NCBI GenBank assembly: GCA_023261445.1
Contig: JAHFOX010000005.1
Location: 1 to 50,694, forward strand
Direction of reading: 5' to 3'
Length of the DNA stretch: 50,694 nt
From: Planctomycetota bacterium
GTDB taxonomy: Bacteria; Planctomycetota; Brocadiia; Brocadiales; Brocadiaceae
Part shown: piece by piece, positions 7,755 to 16,653 of the stretch
How positions within the stretch are numbered: the first letter of the stretch is position 1
Layout of the letters: each line of letters opens with the position of its first letter
Notes under the pieces: generated by a model
What the model was told of the DNA's origin: nothing
Databases searched by the model: none
The model's input: the letters and a program-made list of their open reading frames with translations, nothing else
Program-made: the position numbers and the translations under genes

Positions 7755-8804
7755 CTACAGTTTTTTCTCTGCGACCTCTGTGTCTCTGTGGTTTGCTTTC
7801 TCTTTCCACGAAGGTCGTATTGATCCCACTCGTCCCTTACAAAAACCCATAAACAAACCGTATACGTAAGCAAACTCACGAACAATGGGCAATACGGCTA
7901 ATAATGATAAAGTTGTTGGTGATAAACGGTCTTTATTCTTCACCATTACAATTACACCTAACGGAATATACAAAATTGTCAGTGAACTTAATATAAAAAA
8001 GAAAAATAAACATGGCATAAGAAATGTATTTATTCCATACGGTATTGTCACAAGAAACGTCAAAAGACTTATAAAAAGCGCCACGAATATCATCGGACGC
8101 AGCCACAGTTTTATATTGAATGGCATTTGCTCTCTGAATTTCAGACCCATTGCAAATCCCCAGTAAAATTTCCTCTTCCAGATACCTAACCATGTATCAG
8201 GATATTGAGTAGCCACTACGTTGTCAGGATCATAAACAACCCCGCCAATCCTGCCCAATTTCCATCCCAACTCAGAATCCTCGCTCCACCATGAATTCTC
8301 GTTAAATCCACCCAGACTCAGTAACGCTTCTCTACGGATGGCAGAATTTACACCTGAAAGCTTATTTGGAATCAGCGATTTCTTGAACACCCTATTCATT
8401 ATTTGATCTAAAATGTCTGTTGTATTAACTAGCAGTTTGTCCTTATTATGCGCCTGATAAGCCCCTCCAACAGCAACAACACCTTCTTGTTCAAAACAGG
8501 ATTTAAATCTTTGTAACCATTTCGAATGGACAACCGTGTCAGCATCAGTAGTAACAACGACATCACCAGTTGCCTTTTGCAATCCTGAGTTCAACGCAGC
8601 CGCCCTTCCCCCGTTTATTTCTCGTTTCACCAATATTACGCCTTTACTTAGATATTTTTCGACAACCTGAACTGTGCGATCAGTTGATGCATCGTCAATA
8701 ACAATAATTTCCTTATCGTCATAATCAATAGAAATGAGTGAATTCAAACAGGGTGAGATAGACTGCTCTTCATTATAGGCAGGGACAAGGATAGAAAATT
8801 TCAT
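7755..8804 (-). CDS. Family 2 glycosyltransferase with C-terminal membrane helices
   Basis: GT-A motifs SILVPAYNEE, IVIDDASTDRT and TDADT (DxD). C-terminal TM segments. The last ~10 codons (HRDTEVAEKKL) are encoded by a CACAGAG-type repeat element. Confidence 0.85.
   Translation of the reverse strand: MKFSILVPAYNEEQSISPCLNSLISIDYDDKEIIVIDDASTDRTVQVVEKYLSKGVILVKREINGGRAAALNSGLQKATGDVVVTTDADTVVHSKWLQRFKSCFEQEGVVAVGGAYQAHNKDKLLVNTTDILDQIMNRVFKKSLIPNKLSGVNSAIRREALLSLGGFNENSWWSEDSELGWKLGRIGGVVYDPDNVVATQYPDTWLGIWKRKFYWGFAMGLKFREQMPFNIKLWLRPMIFVALFISLLTFLVTIPYGINTFLMPCLFFFFILSSLTILYIPLGVIVMVKNKDRLSPTTLSLLAVLPIVREFAYVYGLFMGFCKGRVGSIRPSWKEKANHRDTEVAEKKL
7761..7791 (-). repeat. CACAGAG heptamer-repeat element (copy 1, minus orientation)
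   Basis: Reverse complement reads cCACAGAGaCACAGAGgtcgCAGAGAAAAAA. It overlaps the 3' end of the GT2 ORF. Confidence 0.6.
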
Positions 8805-8820
8805 CAGAAAAACACCTTTG

Positions 8821-8853
8821 CCACAGAGTTCACGGAAAACACAGAGAAAGAAA
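8821..8853 (+). repeat. CACAGAG heptamer-repeat element (copy 2, plus orientation)
   Basis: Reads cCACAGAGttcacggaaaaCACAGAGAAAGAAA. Inverted relative to copy 1, so the pair brackets the GT2 gene. Confidence 0.6.
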
Positions 8854-8864
8854 CACCTTCGTTT

Positions 8865-10286
8865 CTAAAAAAGCTTCCTAAACATGGCTTTTAACGAATC
8901 GAGAGAACCCAAACGGCGTATATTTTTTAGTATAAAACGAGGCGTTAAGAAAAACTCGAAATTGGCGCGCCGCACGGCATTTTCAAGCTCCTTCTTTCCA
9001 AGATGAGAATATGCAATATTAGCCTCCTTTGCCACATTAACAGGCTTATAGTCCCCGTAAACAAAGAGTTTATTTTCTTTGGCAATCTTATAAAAATCAG
9101 TGCCTGGAAACGGATTGGCAATGTTATACATCACCTGATCAACCTTCAGCCGTTTCACCTCTTCCATATTTTTCTTAATGGTGTCCATTGTTTCCAGTGG
9201 TGATGCACCAAACATGATATTTATCTTTGCATTGATACCATATTTCTTGACCAGTTTAATCGCTTCCTCGTTTTTCTTTACATCAATGTCTTTCTTTACA
9301 TAATCCAGTATTTCCTGATTAAACGACTCGACACCGAGATCAATAAACTTACAATTTGCCTCTGCCATTGCCTTAACAATTGGCTCATTCAGATGGTCTG
9401 ATCTTGCAGAACATCCCCACACAATATCAAGATTTTTGATACCATCGCAAATCTGAACCGTCCGCTCCTCTCCCCATACGAACTGGTCGTCCTGCACATT
9501 CACGGCTTTATAACCCTGAGCCTTTAACAATATAAACTCTTCGATAATATTTTCAGGCGACCGCTTTCTTACAGGTGGTTTTTTGCCCAAATGGTGTTTA
9601 TATTCAAGCTCACGTGAGAAGCTCAAGGATGATGGAACGCAATAAATACACCGATAAGAACACCCCCTCGATGTACAAACAGCAGTAAATGGACGCTTCC
9701 CTAACTTGGGATTGTAATAGATATCTTTTTCTTCCAGTAGATGTCTGGCAGGAAAGGGCAACGTGTCAAGATTTTCTATCGGTTCCCTATTAACATTGTG
9801 AACAATCTTACCATTGTCTTTAAATGACACACTCTTTATATCTTTAATATTCGATCCAGCGTCAAGCGCCTTTACGAGTTCAAGCATTGTATATTCAGGC
9901 TCGCCCCTGACCACGTAAGTATTTTCATCCACCGCAAATTCCGCAGGCCTGTCAGACGGCGCAGGACCAAAAAATATAACCGATACGTCTCCCCGTATTT
10001 CACGAATGTCTTTTAACGCCCGCATATCTGTTTCTTGAGAGAGATTTACAGAATAGAAACAATAAACATCGCTCAAGTCCTCTTTCAAAAATGAGAGAAA
10101 ATGCCCCCGATCCCACTTCTTAATCGTCGCCTCTATATATTTAACCTCATAGTCTTCATTCTCAAGCACCGCAGCGGCGCTTAAGAGAAAGATATTCGGT
10201 ACGTAATAAAGCAAGTAAGCACAGCCGGCAACCCGCTCAGGAATATTTCTATCAATTGATGGTGGTACGAGAAAAGTAATTTTCAT
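8865..10286 (-). CDS. B12-binding-domain radical SAM protein (class B radical SAM)
   Basis: N-terminal Rossmann-like B12-binding-type domain (MKITFLVPPS...VIFFGPAPS) followed by the radical SAM cluster motif CTSRGCSYRCIYC (C-x3-C-x2-C). Substrate unknown. Confidence 0.82.
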   Translation of the reverse strand: MKITFLVPPSIDRNIPERVAGCAYLLYYVPNIFLLSAAAVLENEDYEVKYIEATIKKWDRGHFLSFLKEDLSDVYCFYSVNLSQETDMRALKDIREIRGDVSVIFFGPAPSDRPAEFAVDENTYVVRGEPEYTMLELVKALDAGSNIKDIKSVSFKDNGKIVHNVNREPIENLDTLPFPARHLLEEKDIYYNPKLGKRPFTAVCTSRGCSYRCIYCVPSSLSFSRELEYKHHLGKKPPVRKRSPENIIEEFILLKAQGYKAVNVQDDQFVWGEERTVQICDGIKNLDIVWGCSARSDHLNEPIVKAMAEANCKFIDLGVESFNQEILDYVKKDIDVKKNEEAIKLVKKYGINAKINIMFGASPLETMDTIKKNMEEVKRLKVDQVMYNIANPFPGTDFYKIAKENKLFVYGDYKPVNVAKEANIAYSHLGKKELENAVRRANFEFFLTPRFILKNIRRLGSLDSLKAMFRKLF

Positions 10287-10383
10287 AATATAATTTGTTG
10301 TTTTTAGAAAGAATTAATTTAATGCTTTCGTCAAAATTCCCAACAGCATGTCATGCGAACCTATTTCTATCCCATTTTTTCAG

Positions 10384-11646
10384 TTAGCTTTTTTTATTGC
10401 GACTTGAGAAGAATAAGCTTTTGAACTTCAGTGCTCCAAAACCGAAACCTCCAATTAGCGCCATGCTAATACATGCCTCTATAATAGTTGATCCTTTTAA
10501 TTTTATTCCGAATGTGGAATTTGCCCATGTCACAACCAAAAATAATGGCAGAAAAAGAGAACAAGACACAAGCCCTGATAACGCACCAAAATCTTTTTTA
10601 TTAGGTTTTGCAAGCCATTGTAAATTGTTTACCTGACTGTAAAGTTGACCACAATGCCTAATAAGCGGTACAAGTTCATATCCAGCCTTAGAAAATGAGT
10701 TTTCAGCTATATCAATTTTTTGCTTGAGACGCGCAATAGCAGGTATATCTGGTTTAAATGTTGAACGAAATACCCTTTGCATAATCGAACTAAGCTCACC
10801 AATTACTTGTAACAAATTAGCAATGGCATTGGCAATATGGATCGAGTTTTTGACCATTACATTTTCAATGTCACCTTTGTCTAAAAGTTCCTTTGCCTGG
10901 ATTGCTTCGTTTGCTAAATCCTGCCTAGCAGCAAGTTTGTCATATTCGAATTGGTTGAATTCGTTTTCAGCTCGGCAAAAAGTATAAATGGCCTTATATA
11001 ATAAGGAATACCCTTTGAACGTGTAATACATAGGTTTCCCTTCCTGATAATAATTATGTGCCACTTGTTCAGCGACCTGAGAAGCTCTATCAATCAGTGT
11101 CTTAGCAGTGGCATAGTCAAGATCGTTTAAGGCTTTTATGCCAGACACAAAAAGCATTTCAGGTTCTATATGATCAATAAAAAAGTTGTATTTGTTGCTA
11201 TACTTCCCCTCACTTTTGAGATATTTCTTAACATTTGTAAGATATTCCAATGCCTGACCAATGTTCGATTTTCGAAGTTCAATAACTGCTGACGCATAAG
11301 TCATCATACCTATTGAAAGGTCTCTGAATTCTTTGAAACCAAATACATTGAATCCTTCAGCCGATGAATGAAACAAATTGTATGCTTCAATAAAATTACC
11401 CTCTGTTCGCACCAAATTTATTGCTTTAAAGTAGTTCCATATAGTCTTTAGAACACTCTGCAAGGTCTTAAATGCAGTACCTGTAGTCTGGGGATTCAAA
11501 GTATTTATGAGATGTTCTACGAGTGGTAACGCCTTATCAAAGTCAGCTTCGAAAACGCTATCAATGGTCTTTACAACCAATGCATACTCCTCTGAGGTTA
11601 ATACAGGTAGTTGTTGAACATCTTTATCGTTTTCTTTCTGAACCAT
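10384..11646 (-). CDS. Hypothetical all-helical protein with C-terminal membrane anchor (no family recognised)
   Basis: 420-aa ORF, co-directional between two radical SAM genes. Predicted helical repeat body. Two hydrophobic segments near the C-terminus (GLVSCSLFLPLFLVVTW, ACISMALIGGFGFGAL). Confidence 0.6.
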   Translation of the reverse strand: MVQKENDKDVQQLPVLTSEEYALVVKTIDSVFEADFDKALPLVEHLINTLNPQTTGTAFKTLQSVLKTIWNYFKAINLVRTEGNFIEAYNLFHSSAEGFNVFGFKEFRDLSIGMMTYASAVIELRKSNIGQALEYLTNVKKYLKSEGKYSNKYNFFIDHIEPEMLFVSGIKALNDLDYATAKTLIDRASQVAEQVAHNYYQEGKPMYYTFKGYSLLYKAIYTFCRAENEFNQFEYDKLAARQDLANEAIQAKELLDKGDIENVMVKNSIHIANAIANLLQVIGELSSIMQRVFRSTFKPDIPAIARLKQKIDIAENSFSKAGYELVPLIRHCGQLYSQVNNLQWLAKPNKKDFGALSGLVSCSLFLPLFLVVTWANSTFGIKLKGSTIIEACISMALIGGFGFGALKFKSLFFSSRNKKS

Positions 11647-11738
11647 TGTATACTTCCTTTGAAGACCAATGCATTTGTTATATTTAACTCGAATACATCC
11701 GCATTTGCAATATATGCAAAGTATTTTGGATATTCCGA

Positions 11739-12728
11739 TTAATTTAAATGCTTAAGCCTTAATGCGTCACAAGTGCCGCAAACATCGTTCTGATGTTCTC
11801 GGAAATACTGTAAATTCTCACCGTGCCAGATTTCATCTATGCTTTGTTTCAATATATTTCCAACTTCATGTCGAGGCAGGTCACAGCATGGTGTTGCCTT
11901 GCCATCAATGTTGATATACAAGTAATCATAGGGTTTAGGACAGTACTTATCAAATTTATACATTACAGGCCGTAACCTTTTATAAAAGGATCGAAGTAAA
12001 CGGTTATCAAGAGCAGAATAATTGTTATCTACCTGCAATCCATATTTCTTGGCTATTTCCTCGGACTCTTTGTAAATTTCCATTTCCTCTTCCAAACTGG
12101 GCCTTTTAAATCCATTCATACCCATAGGTATGTTTAACCGCACCAAATATACGCGATTAGCCCCTGCCTCTCCAGCATATTTGACCGTATCCAGGCACTG
12201 CCTTTTCTCATGCATTGTTATTTGTATAGTAACGACCGGTTTTTTTCTGGTTCCTCTTGAATGGATAAGGGATTCTATATTTTTTATTACGACCTTATTA
12301 GAAGGATGTCCTTCAATCACCTCGCTGCCTTCGTCAACGCTATCTAAGGAAATAGTCAGTTTATCTAATGGTATTTCAATAAATCTTTCAATGAATGGCG
12401 CAAGCAACAAACCATTTGTCGTTACACCCACATTGTGTCCTTTATCTTTCGAATAGATAATCATATCCAATAGCGCAGGATGCAATAAAGGCTCTCCCCA
12501 TCCTGTAAGTGTAACATTATATGCAGAATCCAGGCGATCAACAATATTTTTAAAAAGATCGAATGGAATGTCATTTTCTGGCAAGTTAAAAGATTCACGC
12601 GGACACATACCACAGGTGTAGTTACAACGGTTGGTAATTTCTATCTGGATGCGTTCGGGCCGCTTAGGAATGACATAAAAGGTCCTGCCTAAGACGCCTT
12701 TTATAAGATATAACGGATTTGTAAGCAT
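11739..12728 (-). CDS. Radical SAM protein with SPASM/twitch-type C-terminal Cys-rich domain
   Basis: ITNRCNYTCGMCP (C-x3-C-x2-C), GWGEPLLHP (GGE-like), and C-terminal cysteines YCPKPYDYLYINIDGKATPCCD...CGTCDAL. Confidence 0.82.
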   Translation of the reverse strand: MLTNPLYLIKGVLGRTFYVIPKRPERIQIEITNRCNYTCGMCPRESFNLPENDIPFDLFKNIVDRLDSAYNVTLTGWGEPLLHPALLDMIIYSKDKGHNVGVTTNGLLLAPFIERFIEIPLDKLTISLDSVDEGSEVIEGHPSNKVVIKNIESLIHSRGTRKKPVVTIQITMHEKRQCLDTVKYAGEAGANRVYLVRLNIPMGMNGFKRPSLEEEMEIYKESEEIAKKYGLQVDNNYSALDNRLLRSFYKRLRPVMYKFDKYCPKPYDYLYINIDGKATPCCDLPRHEVGNILKQSIDEIWHGENLQYFREHQNDVCGTCDALRLKHLN

Positions 12729-12746
12729 TGTTATTTAATATAACCA

Positions 12747-12843
12747 TTAGCCACAATTAAGCACGAATTTACACAAACATTAACAAATTATTACCAATTT
12801 CCTTTTTTTTATTTGCAGTGATTCGTGTCCATTCGTGGCAAAA
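12747..12843. repeat. Imperfect inverted repeat built from CACGAAT-type heptamers
   Basis: Left arm TTAGCCACAATTAAGCACGAATTTACACAAA (12747-12777). Right arm reverse complement TTTGCCACGAATGGACACGAATCACTGCAAA (12842-12812). About 20/31 positions identical, with a ~34-nt A/T-rich spacer. Sits between the purF stop and the SPASM gene start. Confidence 0.55.
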
Positions 12844-12853
12844 TGTTAGTCTT

Positions 12854-14272
12854 TTAGCCAACCTTCTCAACCTCTCTAATAATCTTCCTCTCAATGAGAT
12901 TCTTCGTCTCTTCTTCAATAGGTGTTGGATAATCCTTTGTAAAACAGGCATTACAGAAGTGTTCTCTGGGTTGAGATGCGCAGCTCATCATACCATCCGC
13001 ACTTAGATAGTTAAGGCTATCAACATTCAAAAATTTGCGTATCTCTTCCAGGGTATGGTCTGCTGCTATAAGTTCCCCTTTTTGCTGGAAATCAATTCCA
13101 TAATAACAGGGATACCGATGCGGCGGGCAACTAATCCGCACATGAATTTCTTTTGCCCCGGCTTTCCGCAATAATCCAAATCTAGACCGAGATGTCGTTC
13201 CCCTTACTATTGAATCATCAACAACAATGACACGTTTCCCTTCTACGGTCTCCTTCAATGCGTTTAGTTTCAACTCTACAATACGATGCCGCTTATCTTG
13301 TTCAGGTAATATGAAAGTCCGCCCCACGTAATGATTGCGAATAAATCCACGGTCAAACGGTATTCCTGATGCATGGGAGTATCCAATCGCAGCGGAATTC
13401 CCACCCTCCGGCACCGAAATAACCACGTCAGCATCTACAGGCGACTCTTTGGCTAATTTGGCTCCCAATTTTTTGCGGAACAAATGAACGCTTTCGCCAT
13501 ACACCTTGCTGTCGGGTCTGGAAAAATACACTAATTCAAATATACAAAATGCTGGTTTAATCTGTTTTTGAGTACAATAATATTCACTTCTAATACCGTC
13601 TTTCCCGATGTAAACAGCCTCACCGGGATTAATGTCGCGAATATATTCAGCGCCTACCTGATCCATAGCACATGTTTCAGACGTTATCACATAACCGTTA
13701 TTTAATCTTCCCAATGCTAAAGGTCTAAAACCATTGGGATCACGCACTCCGACTATTTCGTCCGGGGTCAAAAACAACAACGAAAATGCACCTTTCAGTT
13801 GTTGCAATACAAGTGACAAACTTTTTTGCATCATATTTAAGGGTTTTGCCATTAAGTGAACAATAACTTCCGTATCTGAAGTGGTATGGAATATTGAGCC
13901 GTTTGCCTCAAATTCTTCGCGCAGTCTCTTTGCATTGGTCAACTGTCCATTATGGGCAACGGCAACTTTTCCCTTGTAGTAATCCACAACTAAGGGTTGC
14001 GCATTCCCAATATTACTGGAACCAATAGTGGAATATCGAACATGTCCTATAGCTATGGAGCTTTTAAGGGATTTCAACATCGGCGGTTTTATTACATCGT
14101 TTACCAAACCCATTCCCTTATAACATGTAATTTCTTTTCCGTCCGTTGAAGCAATGCCGGCGCTTTCTTCTCCACGATGCTGCAAGGAATACAAACCGTA
14201 GTAGACACGTTCTACAGCATCTTCACAACCATATATTCCGAATAATCCGCAAAATTCTTTTGCGTCTGACAT
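12854..14272 (-). CDS. purF: Amidophosphoribosyltransferase (glutamine PRPP amidotransferase)
   Basis: N-terminal nucleophile context CGLFGIYG after a short propeptide. PRPP loop VVDDSIVRGTT. C-terminal Cys residues consistent with the Fe-S type. Confidence 0.93.
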   Translation of the reverse strand: MSDAKEFCGLFGIYGCEDAVERVYYGLYSLQHRGEESAGIASTDGKEITCYKGMGLVNDVIKPPMLKSLKSSIAIGHVRYSTIGSSNIGNAQPLVVDYYKGKVAVAHNGQLTNAKRLREEFEANGSIFHTTSDTEVIVHLMAKPLNMMQKSLSLVLQQLKGAFSLLFLTPDEIVGVRDPNGFRPLALGRLNNGYVITSETCAMDQVGAEYIRDINPGEAVYIGKDGIRSEYYCTQKQIKPAFCIFELVYFSRPDSKVYGESVHLFRKKLGAKLAKESPVDADVVISVPEGGNSAAIGYSHASGIPFDRGFIRNHYVGRTFILPEQDKRHRIVELKLNALKETVEGKRVIVVDDSIVRGTTSRSRFGLLRKAGAKEIHVRISCPPHRYPCYYGIDFQQKGELIAADHTLEEIRKFLNVDSLNYLSADGMMSCASQPREHFCNACFTKDYPTPIEEETKNLIERKIIREVEKVG

Positions 14273-14444
14273 GGCTTTTAGTACCCCGTTACTATTGATA
14301 AATGTTCCAAATTTTACACGTATAAACCTTGTATTTACTTTGATGGAAAATTAAAATAGGTCTGTGTAATAATGAATTCTGGTAGGGAAATACATGACGT
14401 TGTAATTATATCAAACGTTGAATGAGAGTCAATTATAATTATCC

Positions 14445-15107
14445 ATGAACTATCAACAGATAACAAAGGTGATTAAACAAAGGTTTTATAACGTGAGATT
14501 GTACGTTATACTAAGTTCTAACCTCGCAAAAAAACCGATATTAGAAACTTTAGAGAAGGTTATACAAGGTGGTGCAGATGCAGTGCAATTACGTGAAAAG
14601 ACAATGTCTGACAGTAAATTCCTTATCCTTGCAAAGGAATTTAGAAAGATAACCTCACAATTCAAAACACCTTTTATCGTAAACGACCGCGCTGAAATCG
14701 CCAAAGAAGTGGATGCAGACGGGTTGCATATCGGTCAATCAGATATAAGCATCCAAATCGCACGTAGCATTATTGGACATGAAAAAATACTAGGTGTATC
14801 AACCCATAATATAAATCAGGCACGAATAGCGCAGCAGGAAGGCGCTGACTATATTAGCGCTGGCCCAATATTTTACACAGCAACAAAGAACTACGAACCG
14901 GCGGTAGGTCTTGATTATCTGAAACAAGTTAAATGTGAAATTACTATTCCCTTCATTGCAATAGGCGGCATTAACCTTGAAAATCTCGGTGAAGTGTTGA
15001 ATGCAGGCGGAACACAAGTTGCAATATGTTCTGCAATTATCTGTAGTGATAATATCATACAGACAACGCAGTGTTTTAAAACCAAACTCATTACACACAC
15101 TGTTTAA
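14445..15107 (+). CDS. thiE: Thiamine-phosphate synthase
   Basis: Motifs GADAVQLREK, HIGQSD, GVSTH, IAIGGI. Confidence 0.88.
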   Translation: MNYQQITKVIKQRFYNVRLYVILSSNLAKKPILETLEKVIQGGADAVQLREKTMSDSKFLILAKEFRKITSQFKTPFIVNDRAEIAKEVDADGLHIGQSDISIQIARSIIGHEKILGVSTHNINQARIAQQEGADYISAGPIFYTATKNYEPAVGLDYLKQVKCEITIPFIAIGGINLENLGEVLNAGGTQVAICSAIICSDNIIQTTQCFKTKLITHTV

Positions 15108-15172
15108 AATAGCCAGAGTAATATTTTGAAATATTCCATACTATACATAACGACATAAGTTCCCAAAAGTTT

Positions 15173-15240
15173 GTCATTCCGTGCCTAACCCGTAATCCAT
15201 TGTTTTTCTGGATTCCCGTTTTCACGGGAATGACTTTTTC
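15173..15240 (+). repeat. Palindromic intergenic element (GTCATTCC(C)GTG inverted pair); the inner hairpin may terminate thiE
   Basis: GTCATTCCGTG at 15173-15183. Inverted copy within GGATTCCCGTTTTCACGGGAATGAC (15210-15234). Inner hairpin ATTCCCG/CGGGAAT (15212-15218 / 15225-15231) is followed by GACTTTTT. Confidence 0.5.
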
Positions 15241-15313
15241 GTCTCTGATAAATGACGCTGTGTATAGAAGCAGTCTTAAATATCCTTTGACAATTTTTAC
15301 CCATAATGCTAAC

Positions 15314-16240
15314 ATGCCCGCTAATATGGAAATTAAAGATCGTTCCAAACTATTGACTGAACAGCGCAACCCCCACACCATCAATATTGACTGCAAAACT
15401 ACCCTTGAAATTATTGATACTATCAATGCTGAGGATGCTAGGGTTTTTTCTGCAGTTCATAAAGAGCGCGAACGTATCGCAAAGGCGGCAGACCTGATCG
15501 TTGATGCCTTTACTAAAGATAACGGCCGTCTTATTTACGTTGGTGCAGGAACCAGTGGGAGATTGGGTATATTAGACGCATCAGAATGCCCGCCAACATT
15601 CAGTACCGACACTAATATGGTTATAGGAATTATCGCTGGTGGTGAGAAGGCCGTATTTCAATCCGTAGAAGGCGCCGAAGATTTACCGGAAAATGGCGCA
15701 AAGGATATTCAGCATAAAAATATAACTCACCGTGACGTAGTTGTGGGCATTACTACCGGAGGTACAACACCGTACGTCATGGGTGCCTTGTTTGAGGCAA
15801 AAAAACGCAATGCTAAGACAATCTTTTTATGCTGTAATCCGGAAACCACGCCAAATTTTGACATTGATGTTATCATCAGACCTGTTGTGGGGCCTGAAGT
15901 GATAACGGGCTCTACTCGCATGAAGGCAGGCACAGCTACCAAGTTAATATTAAACATGCTAACCACAACAGCAATGATTAAGATAGGTAAGGTTTATGAA
16001 AATCTTATGATAGACCTGCGCACCTTGAATGCAAAACTTGCTGACCGTGCCGAGCGTATTGTTATGACAGTCACAGGGGCTAATCGTTCAGACGCAAAAG
16101 CGTTGCTGGAGGCGGCTTTTGGCAGTGTAAAAGTTGCCATTGTTATGCAAAAACTCGGCATTGATTATGCCGAAGCCAAAAAAAGACTTGATGCAAATGG
16201 CGGATTTGTAAGAAAAGTTTTAAATTCGTTACTTAACTGA
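15314..16240 (+). CDS. murQ: N-acetylmuramic acid 6-phosphate etherase
   Basis: TEQRNPHTINID near the N-terminus. SIS domain YVGAGTSGRLGILDASECPPTF and GSTRMKAGTATKLILNM. The track start 15200 lies in the repeat element; ATG 15314 (or 15326) fits MurQ N-termini better. Confidence 0.85.
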   Translation: MPANMEIKDRSKLLTEQRNPHTINIDCKTTLEIIDTINAEDARVFSAVHKERERIAKAADLIVDAFTKDNGRLIYVGAGTSGRLGILDASECPPTFSTDTNMVIGIIAGGEKAVFQSVEGAEDLPENGAKDIQHKNITHRDVVVGITTGGTTPYVMGALFEAKKRNAKTIFLCCNPETTPNFDIDVIIRPVVGPEVITGSTRMKAGTATKLILNMLTTTAMIKIGKVYENLMIDLRTLNAKLADRAERIVMTVTGANRSDAKALLEAAFGSVKVAIVMQKLGIDYAEAKKRLDANGGFVRKVLNSLLN

Positions 16241-16653
16241 TTAATTTTAATTAGACCTTCTGCAACTTTAATAACTGCCCACGAAACACACTAAAGGTCA
16301 GCAAACTTTTTTTAATCAAGCCCAGAATTATACTCTTTCGTGATTTTCCGCTTATTTAGCAGGCTTAAGCAATTTTGAAATTACTAAGCATTTAAATAGC
16401 ATAGAAAGCAACATTTATCAAACCCGTGCCATATATCACGAAAACAGAATTACTCATTTGGTTTCTCAGATGTCTCATTTTGGTTTTCTACAGGATATAA
16501 TTGGTTCGTTTCATCAAGTCTCTCAATTTCAGTATCAGCAAAAACTTCTAATTCTTTTTCAGTTTCATTTGTTTCAACAGGTAACCCTGTTCGCCCAAGC
16601 CAATATCTAATCTATCCTGCTTTAATCAGATTTTAATGCGTTATAATACACTT

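Noticed and set aside
7703-7885. Track ORFs 7703..7885(-), 12769..12951(-), 12818..13006(+), 15091..15426(-)
   Set aside because: Their only distinctive segments are translations of the intergenic repeat elements (TETQRSQRK, HEWTRITANKKK, VIPVKTGIQ). They are treated as repeat-derived artefacts.
14273-14444. Riboswitches in expected places: TPP upstream of thiE, purine/ZTP upstream of purF (and purC/purM), cobalamin upstream of nrdJ (24841-24923)
   Set aside because: I could not find the conserved cores (TPP CUGAGA plus ACCUGAUCUGGAUAAUGCCAGCG-like; purine three-way junction; ZTP GGGUCGUGA/CCGCCUGGGCA-like; B12 box). The nrdJ leader is only 83 nt. A cmsearch would be needed to exclude divergent versions.
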